64,000 nucleotides of DNA from Silicimonas sp. Its GTDB lineage: Bacteria; Pseudomonadota; Alphaproteobacteria; Rhodobacterales; Rhodobacteraceae. The position numbers and the translations under genes were made by a program. Below, in pieces: positions 57,655-64,000 of this stretch. Position 1 is the first letter of the stretch. Every line of letters begins with the position of its first letter. A model generated the notes under the pieces. That model saw only the letters and a list, made by a program, of their open reading frames with translations. It had not been told where the DNA came from and did not search any database. The stretch is from the NCBI GenBank assembly GCA_050299835.1, contig JBNKWP010000016.1, positions 7,885 to 71,884 of the forward strand, given 5' to 3'.

Positions 57655-58428
57655 ATGTCGCTTAAGGGAAAAACCGCAATCATCACCGGGTCGAACTCTG
57701 GCATCGGGCTGGGCGTAGCGCGGGAACTGGCGAAGGCCGGGGCGGATGTGGTGCTGAACTCCTTTACTGACCGGGACGAGGATCATGCGCTGGCCGAGGA
57801 GATCGCAAGCGCGACGGGCGTGACGGCGCGGTACATCAAGGCCGATATGTCGAAGGGCGAGGAGTGCCGGGCGCTGATCGAGACGGCAGGGGCCTGCGAT
57901 ATCCTGGTGAACAATGCGGGCATTCAGCATGTCTCGCCCATAGCTGAGTTCCCGGTCGAAAAATGGGACGCGATCATCGCGATCAACATGAACTCGGCGT
58001 TTCACACCACCGCCGCTGCGCTTCCGGTCATGCGCAAGGCGGGCTGGGGGCGAGTCATCAATATCGCCTCCGCCCACGGTCTGACCGCATCGCCCTACAA
58101 GTCGGCCTATGTGGCCGCGAAGCACGGCGTGGTCGGGATGACCAAGGTTGTCGCGCTGGAAACCGCGGAAGAGCCGATCACTGCAAACGCGATCTGCCCC
58201 GGCTACGTCCTGACCCCGCTGGTCGAAGCGCAGATCCCTGACACGATGAAGGAATACGGCATGGATCGGGAAACGGTGATCCGCGAGGTTATGCTGGCGC
58301 GGCAACCGTCGAAGGAATTCGCCACGGTGGAGCAGTTGGGCGGCACCTGCGTGTTCCTCTGCTCCGACGCGGCGGCGCAGATTACCGGCACCACGATCAG
58401 CGTGGATGGCGGCTGGACGGCGCTGTAG
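57655..58428 (+). CDS. bdhA: 3-hydroxybutyrate dehydrogenase (SDR)
   Basis: Blocks KTAIITGSNSGIGLGVA, NNAGIQHV and YVAAKHG. ATG at 57655 preceded by GAAGGAGG. Confidence 0.8.
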   Translation: MSLKGKTAIITGSNSGIGLGVARELAKAGADVVLNSFTDRDEDHALAEEIASATGVTARYIKADMSKGEECRALIETAGACDILVNNAGIQHVSPIAEFPVEKWDAIIAINMNSAFHTTAAALPVMRKAGWGRVINIASAHGLTASPYKSAYVAAKHGVVGMTKVVALETAEEPITANAICPGYVLTPLVEAQIPDTMKEYGMDRETVIREVMLARQPSKEFATVEQLGGTCVFLCSDAAAQITGTTISVDGGWTAL

Positions 58429-58435
58429 GCCGTAC

Positions 58436-59458
58436 ATGTCCAAACCGGTCCGCATCAATCTCGCCCTTCAGGGCGGCGGTGCTCATGGTGCCTTCACCTG
58501 GGGTGTGGTGGACCGGTTGCTGGAAGAGAGCTCGATCGAAATCGCAGGGATATCCGGGACCAGCGCGGGTGCCCTGAATGGCGCGGCCCTGAAGGCAGGG
58601 CTGGTACAAAACGGGCGCGAAGGGGCGCAGGAAAACCTGCGCTGGCTCTGGGCGCAGGTCGCGGGCATTGGCGACATGCGCATGGCAAGCTGGATGGCTG
58701 CGCTCTCCCCCGCGCCGGGACTGATAAGCCAGGCCATCGAGTATTCGCTTCTCTACAGTTTTGCCGATGCCTGGTCACGGATGGTGAGCCCCTATTCCTA
58801 TGGCCCCTTCTACCAGAACCCGCTGAAGCGCATCGCCGACGAATTCCACTATGATGACGTCTGCGCCGAGGAGGGGCCCGCGTTCTTCGTGTCTGCCACC
58901 AATGTGCGCACGGGCAAGATCAGGGTTTTTTCACGGGATGAAATCAACACGGACGCCATCCTTGCCTCCGCCTGCCTGCCGACGGTTTTCCAGGCGGTGC
59001 AGATCGACGGGGAGGATTACTGGGACGGCGGTTATACGGGCAATCCGGCGCTGTTCCCCCTGTTCGAGCCCAGCTTGCCAAGCGACATCGTGATCGTGAA
59101 CATAAACCCGCTGGAGCGGGCCGACGCGCCACGAGATGCGCGGGAAATCCTCAACCGTATCAACGAGATCAGTTTCAATTCATCGCTGCTGCGAGAGTTG
59201 CGTGCGATCCATTTCGTCCAGCGATTGATTGGTGAAGATCGGATACCGGAAGGGACGATGAAGAAACTGCGCATTCACATGGTGTCGGACGATGACCTGA
59301 TGACCCAACTGGGAGTGGCGTCAAAACTGGTGCCCACGATGGCGACGATTTCGGCGCTGTTCGAGGCGGGACAGGCGGCGGCGGAGCGGTTCCTGGAATT
59401 GCATGGGGAGGCGCTGGGAAAACGGTCCAGTGTCGATTTGCCGGAAATGTACGGGTGA
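58436..59458 (+). CDS. patatin-like phospholipase family protein
   Basis: Blocks LQGGGAHGAF (oxyanion), GTSAG (nucleophile) and DGG (catalytic Asp). Confidence 0.85.
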   Translation: MSKPVRINLALQGGGAHGAFTWGVVDRLLEESSIEIAGISGTSAGALNGAALKAGLVQNGREGAQENLRWLWAQVAGIGDMRMASWMAALSPAPGLISQAIEYSLLYSFADAWSRMVSPYSYGPFYQNPLKRIADEFHYDDVCAEEGPAFFVSATNVRTGKIRVFSRDEINTDAILASACLPTVFQAVQIDGEDYWDGGYTGNPALFPLFEPSLPSDIVIVNINPLERADAPRDAREILNRINEISFNSSLLRELRAIHFVQRLIGEDRIPEGTMKKLRIHMVSDDDLMTQLGVASKLVPTMATISALFEAGQAAAERFLELHGEALGKRSSVDLPEMYG

Positions 59459-59459
59459 C

Positions 59460-60182
59460 TCAGGTACCGACGCGACCCGGATTGCGGACTTCACCGATGG
59501 GCGTCGGTGCACTGCTTTCGATCTGGCTTTGCGGATAGACAAGGCCCGCCGAGATGACGAGCTTCGCAGCGTCCTCCACGCTCATGTCGAGTTCGATGAC
59601 CGAAGATTTTGGCAGGAACAGCAGGAAGCCCGAGGTCGGGTTCGGCGTGGTCGGCAGGAAGACGGCAGTCTTGGCTTCATCCACCGGCACGCGACGGTCA
59701 ATCTCTCCCTTGGCGGAAGTCGAAATGAAGGCGATGGCCCAGATGCCCTTGCGCGGATATTCGACGAGGCAGGCCTTGTCGAAGGAGGTGTCGGACTGGG
59801 CAAAGACGGTCTCGGCGATCTGTTTCAGGCCTTTATAGACCGAACGGACGACCGGCAGACCCTCGACCAGACCTTCGGCCCACATGATCAGCGATTTGCC
59901 GATGATGCCCTTGGCCATCCAGCCAATGAGAATGGTGAAGATCAGAAAGACAAGAACACCGATACCCCGAATGCTCAGGCCCACATACTGGTCGGGGCGG
60001 AGCCAGATCGGCACGAAGGGCAGGACCCAGCTATCGACCCAGCCCGCAACGGTCCAGATCAGCCAAAGGGTCAGGCCGATAGGGGCGATGACGACGAGAC
60101 CGGTCAAAAATGACCCGCGCAACCACGCGAACACGCTGCGTTTTCGGCGACCTTCGCTATCGTCGAGCTGAACTTTCGACAT
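59460..60182 (-). CDS. DUF502 domain membrane protein
   Basis: N-terminal TM pair followed by the TTPNPTSGF block typical of DUF502. Confidence 0.75.
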   Translation of the reverse strand: MSKVQLDDSEGRRKRSVFAWLRGSFLTGLVVIAPIGLTLWLIWTVAGWVDSWVLPFVPIWLRPDQYVGLSIRGIGVLVFLIFTILIGWMAKGIIGKSLIMWAEGLVEGLPVVRSVYKGLKQIAETVFAQSDTSFDKACLVEYPRKGIWAIAFISTSAKGEIDRRVPVDEAKTAVFLPTTPNPTSGFLLFLPKSSVIELDMSVEDAAKLVISAGLVYPQSQIESSAPTPIGEVRNPGRVGT

Positions 60183-60261
60183 CTCAATTCCGAGTTTCGG
60201 TTTCCGTAGATCTAAGCCTTCTCACGGTCGTGAACAACGGTTAGTCGCGAATTCTTGCGAA

Positions 60262-61182
60262 CTAGGACTGTTTCGCGATTTCCGTGGCGATTTTCGAGGC
60301 AAGGCGCGCGTTGTTCAGAACGAGTGCGATATTGGCCGTCAGCGAGGCTCCTTGCGTCAGTTCAAAGATGCGCTGGAGGACAAAAGGCGTGACGCCTCCG
60401 TGGCTAACGCCCTTGGCCTCCGCGTCGGCCAGGGCCTGCTCGATGATCGGGTTGATGGTCCGGGGCGGGATTTCGTCATCCTCGGGTATCGGGTTGGCAA
60501 CGATGCAGCCGGTGGTCAAACCCAGCATGCGTTGGGCCTCCCAGGCGCGCGCGATCACCATTGGATCTTCGGCGGTCATCGGCGAAGTCTGGCCGGAGGC
60601 GCGGGACCAGAAGGCCGGGAAACCGGACTGGCCATAGGTGATGACCGGGACGCCGAGGGTTTCCAGCACTTCGAGTGTCTTGGGAATATCAAGGATGGCC
60701 TTCGCGCCGGCGCAGACGACGGCAACGGGCGTCTTGGAAAATTCGTGAAGGTCGGCAGAAATATCAAAGCTGTTCTCCGCCCCGCGATGGACGCCGCCGA
60801 TGCCTCCCGTCGCGAAGACCTCGATGCCTGCCAGATGTGCAGCAATCATCGTGGCGGCGACGGTGGTGGAGCCGGTGCCGCCTGCGGCGATACATTGCGC
60901 AAGATTGGCGCGGGTGAGTTTCATCACATCACCGGGTCGAGCCGTGGCAAGCCGGTCGAGGTCGTCGGAGGAAAGGCCGATCTTCAGGCGTCCATGGAGG
61001 ACCGCGATGGTGGCCGGGGTCGCGTTCTCCTCGCGCACCGTGTCTTCGACCGCGCGGGCGGTCTCCACATTCTGGGGGTGCGGCATCCCATGGGTGATGA
61101 TCGTGGATTCGAGTGCGACGACGGGGGCACCTTGGGCCAGCGCCTCGGCGACTTCCGGTTGAAAATCCATCGGCAGGGTCAT
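60262..61182 (-). CDS. psuG: pseudouridine-5-prime-phosphate glycosidase
   Basis: Blocks VVALESTIITHGMP and GGIGGVHRG, an IndA/YeiN family signature. Confidence 0.9.
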   Translation of the reverse strand: MTLPMDFQPEVAEALAQGAPVVALESTIITHGMPHPQNVETARAVEDTVREENATPATIAVLHGRLKIGLSSDDLDRLATARPGDVMKLTRANLAQCIAAGGTGSTTVAATMIAAHLAGIEVFATGGIGGVHRGAENSFDISADLHEFSKTPVAVVCAGAKAILDIPKTLEVLETLGVPVITYGQSGFPAFWSRASGQTSPMTAEDPMVIARAWEAQRMLGLTTGCIVANPIPEDDEIPPRTINPIIEQALADAEAKGVSHGGVTPFVLQRIFELTQGASLTANIALVLNNARLASKIATEIAKQS

Positions 61183-62066
61183 GAGGGTACGTCTCCGGAG
61201 ACATAGGCCGCGGCGGCGGCGAGCGCGGTTTCGAGTGCGGCTTGCGGGGCGTCGCCTCGGGCTTCTGCCGCGATATGAGCGGCCATGAAAGTGTCACCTG
61301 CGCCGGTGACGCGGGTGACCAGAACCTGGGGCGGCTGGGCGGTCAGGATGCCATCGGGGCTTGCATGGGCTGCGGGTCGCCCGCCATCGGTGACAAGGAC
61401 CTGCGCTGCGCCCCTGCCGAGCAGAGTTCCCGCGGCCTGTGTCGCTTCGTCGAACTGGCGATGACAGAGCAGACCGGCTTCTTCGAGGTTCACATAGAGC
61501 GTGGCATTTTTCATCGCGAGCATCGGCAGGAGGCGTTCGGCCTTGCCCGGGGAGGCGGGTGCGATGCGGAGATCCGCCGCCCTGAAGAGCGGGCTGCGGG
61601 TGATCTCGGTGAGGAGTTTCTCGGTCAGGTTGCCGTCAAGCGCGATCTGGCCCGGATACGGTGCCTCGGCGCTGCCGAGGCGGCCATCGGCAAGCGGTGT
61701 GAGAACCTTGTCGCCGGAAGCCTCCAGCGAATGGGCGTCGGCGATTGCGGCGATCAGGCCGTTGGCCCCTTCCACGGCCATGTATTGGTCGGTCGGCAGG
61801 TCGTCGGACCGATAAACGTGGTCCGTGACGAGGCCCATATCCCGTGCAGCGGCGATCAGTTCCTCGCCCGAAGGGTCGCGACCGATGCTGGTGAGCAGGA
61901 TCGGGGTCATGTCGAAGCGGCGGAGCGTCATGGCGATATTCATCGCGACGCCACCGGGCAGACGGGTGATCCGGCCCGGCACGTCTGAGCCGACGCGCAT
62001 CACCGCGCCGGAGCGGCCGATCACGTCCCAGAGGACGGAGCCGATGCAAAGGATCTCGCGGGTCAA
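61179..62066 (-). CDS. psuK: PfkB family carbohydrate kinase, pseudouridine kinase-like
   Basis: Blocks GGVAMNIA and VTGAGDTFMAAH (PfkB motifs). The TTG start at 62066 overlaps the upstream stop (TTGA). 4-nt overlap with psuG. The long N-terminal part of ORF 61179..62441 is out of frame with the upstream gene and Arg/Pro-rich, so it was discarded. Confidence 0.7.
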   Translation of the reverse strand: MTREILCIGSVLWDVIGRSGAVMRVGSDVPGRITRLPGGVAMNIAMTLRRFDMTPILLTSIGRDPSGEELIAAARDMGLVTDHVYRSDDLPTDQYMAVEGANGLIAAIADAHSLEASGDKVLTPLADGRLGSAEAPYPGQIALDGNLTEKLLTEITRSPLFRAADLRIAPASPGKAERLLPMLAMKNATLYVNLEEAGLLCHRQFDEATQAAGTLLGRGAAQVLVTDGGRPAAHASPDGILTAQPPQVLVTRVTGAGDTFMAAHIAAEARGDAPQAALETALAAAAAYVSGDVPS

Positions 62067-63604
62067 ATCACGGCCTCGATCAGGAAGGGGCCATTCGTGG
62101 CTGCGGCCTGTTCCAGGGCAGCCGCAAGGTCCTGTTCGGTTTCGGCGCGCGTGGCGGGGACGCCGTGGCCCTGTGCCAGCGCGGGCCAGTCGAGACTTGG
62201 ATCTTCGATGTCGAACATGGCGCGGGCGTTGCGGCCCGGCGGCGGCGATCCCTGGGCTTCCAGTTCGCGGTGCAGGATCTGGTAGCCGCGATTGGAGATG
62301 ATGAGATAGGTGATGTTCAGACGCTCCCGCGCGGCGGTCCAGAGGGTCTGGATCTGATACATGGCCGAGCCGTCGCCGGAGACGGCGAAAACCGGGCGGT
62401 CGGGGCAGGCCACGGCGCACCCTAGGGCGGAGGGCAGGCACTGGCCGATGGAGCCGCCGGTATTGTTGGTGCGGTCATGGCGCGCGGCGCGGTCGACGAA
62501 AGGCCAGAGGTCGAAGCCTGCGGTGACGGCTTCGTTCACCATGATCGCGCCCTCGGGTGTGGCGCGGGCCAGAGCGCGACCGATGCCTGCGGCGGTGAGG
62601 GGGCCGGGTTCGAGGTCGGGGAGGTCGAGGGCAATGCGCGGGATGTCTTCGCTGCCATCGACGCCGAGCGCCTTGGCCAGGGCTTCCAGTGTGCCGGGTA
62701 TGTTCCAATCCGGGAGACACAGCTTGTCGATGCTGCAGCCGGGCGGTTCGGGCGTGGAGGGCTTTCCGGGATAGGCGAAGAAGTTGACGGGCGGGGCTTC
62801 GCCCATGCAGACGATGCGTTTGAAGTCTTTCAGGAACTCGGCGTTCAGATCCGCGACGTAGAGCATCTGGTCGAACCTGACCGCGCCTTCGCCCTTTTCG
62901 ATCCGGGGGGCGAAGAAAGGGGCGATCAGGCGGGCACCGCTGCGGGTGGCGATGCGGGCTGCCAGCTCGGCGAGGGGGCCGTAGAGCGCCGGACCGCCGA
63001 CGAGGAGGGCCGTATCGGGGGCCTTCAGCGCCTCGGCGGCGGCCGCGATGCGGGCGGCTTCGGGCATGTGTTTGGCGGGCGGTGGGGCCGCCGTGACCGG
63101 AGGCGTTTCGGTCTCGCTCCAGGCGCTGTCGGTGGGCAGGATGAGGGTTGCGATCTGGCCATCGCGGGCGCGGCGGATGGCTTCTGCCCCGAGAGGTGCG
63201 ACCTGATCGGCTTCTTCGGCGCGCACGGTCCAGTGGGAGACGGAGCCGGCGACACCGGCGAGGTCGGATTGCAGCGGCGCGTCGTGTTCGAGGTGGTAGC
63301 TCGCGTGATCACCGACCACATTGACCATGCCGGAGTAGCCCTTGCGGGCATTGTGCATATTGGCCCAGCCATTGGCGAATCCGGGGCCGAGATGGAGGAG
63401 CGTTCCGGCGACATTGCCGCTCATTCGGGCAAATCCATCGGCGGCGCCGGTCACGCCGCCTTCGAACAGGCAGAGGATGCAGCGCATGTCGGGATGGGTG
63501 TCCAGTGCGGCGACGAAGTGCATCTCGGACGTGCCGGGATTGGCGAAACAGACATTGACGCCCGAAGCGAGCATCGTCTCAACCAGTGTTTCTGCACCGT
63601 TCAT
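62063..63604 (-). CDS. thiamine pyrophosphate-binding protein (acetolactate synthase large subunit-like)
   Basis: N-terminal TPP-Pyr domain (VCFANPGTSEMHFVAAL) and a C-terminal TPP-binding motif region (SGDGSAMYQIQTLWTA). Confidence 0.8.
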   Translation of the reverse strand: MNGAETLVETMLASGVNVCFANPGTSEMHFVAALDTHPDMRCILCLFEGGVTGAADGFARMSGNVAGTLLHLGPGFANGWANMHNARKGYSGMVNVVGDHASYHLEHDAPLQSDLAGVAGSVSHWTVRAEEADQVAPLGAEAIRRARDGQIATLILPTDSAWSETETPPVTAAPPPAKHMPEAARIAAAAEALKAPDTALLVGGPALYGPLAELAARIATRSGARLIAPFFAPRIEKGEGAVRFDQMLYVADLNAEFLKDFKRIVCMGEAPPVNFFAYPGKPSTPEPPGCSIDKLCLPDWNIPGTLEALAKALGVDGSEDIPRIALDLPDLEPGPLTAAGIGRALARATPEGAIMVNEAVTAGFDLWPFVDRAARHDRTNNTGGSIGQCLPSALGCAVACPDRPVFAVSGDGSAMYQIQTLWTAARERLNITYLIISNRGYQILHRELEAQGSPPPGRNARAMFDIEDPSLDWPALAQGHGVPATRAETEQDLAAALEQAAATNGPFLIEAVI

Positions 63605-63724
63605 GTTCTGCCCCCGTTTCAGCGCCTTTCAGTGGTGGCAGAGAAGAACAGCCGGGTCCATGTCGAAAATCGGGTTTGGCGCGCGTCCTTGTGTCAGGCA
63701 AAGTGGTCCAGCGGAGGGCAGGAT

Positions 63725-64000
63725 ATGGCATTCACGAAAGAGACGTTCAGGTTCCTGAAGGATCTGGAGGGCAATAACAGCAAGGACTGGTTCGAGGCGA
63801 ACCGGGCGCGGTACGATGACCATCTGAAGGCCCCGGCGCTGGACATGATCGCGGCCCTGGCAGACCGGATGGCGGCGCTCGACCCGGCCCTGAAGGCGGT
63901 GCCGAAGCTGAACGGGTCGCTGAGGCGGATCAACCGGGATGTGCGGTTCTCGAAGGACAAGTCGCCCTATAGCGCTCGGCTCCACATGATCTTCTATGCC
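63725..64000 (+). CDS. DUF2461 (TIGR02453) family protein, 3-prime partial
   Basis: Open frame to the window end: MAFTKETFRFLKDLEGNNSKDWFEANRARYD...INRDVRFSKDKSPY, the hallmark N-terminal half of this family. Confidence 0.75.
   Translation, partial: MAFTKETFRFLKDLEGNNSKDWFEANRARYDDHLKAPALDMIAALADRMAALDPALKAVPKLNGSLRRINRDVRFSKDKSPYSARLHMIFYA

Overview
High-GC bacterial chromosomal segment. Gene content and synteny (gpmI-envC-ctpA, uvrC-pgsA-moaDE, trmD-rplS-rpmE, MORN protein, Co-type nitrile hydratase, dimethylglycine-dehydrogenase-like enzyme) look alphaproteobacterial and Rhodobacterales-like; this assignment is an inference, no search was run. About 65 protein-coding genes can be supported. 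I recognised no rRNA, tRNA, CRISPR array, transposase or integrase. The left 14.6 kb looks accessory. It holds an arylsulfatase/FGE module with two outer-membrane-type proteins, a TetR-CPBP-serine hydrolase module, a rhodanese-ChrB/ChrA chromate module, and a Zur-headed ZrgABCDE-type zinc uptake operon. Each of these modules ends in a copy of a conserved intergenic element of about 40 nt, always in the same orientation. The rest is mostly housekeeping: leuA, nadE, uvrC, pgsA, moaDE, hrpB, meaB, rpmB, panCB, gpmI, ctpA, trmD, rplS, rpmE, bdhA, psuKG. Several small non-standard loci are embedded in it. These are a Leu-run leader peptide upstream of a cupin-leuA pair, and a 1.1-kb coding-poor low-GC gap between convergent genes that has its own intrinsic terminator. 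There are also two tandem paralogous small proteins, a candidate antisense-oriented sRNA with a CUUCCUCCC stretch, and a phased 11-bp iteron array next to a low-GC orphan membrane gene. I found no recognisable defence or mobile system. The items I think most deserve a second look are the repeated cassette-terminal element, the leu leader architecture, the 19-20 kb gap and the sRNA candidate. Many long ORFs in the six-frame track are antisense or out-of-frame artefacts of high GC and were rejected.
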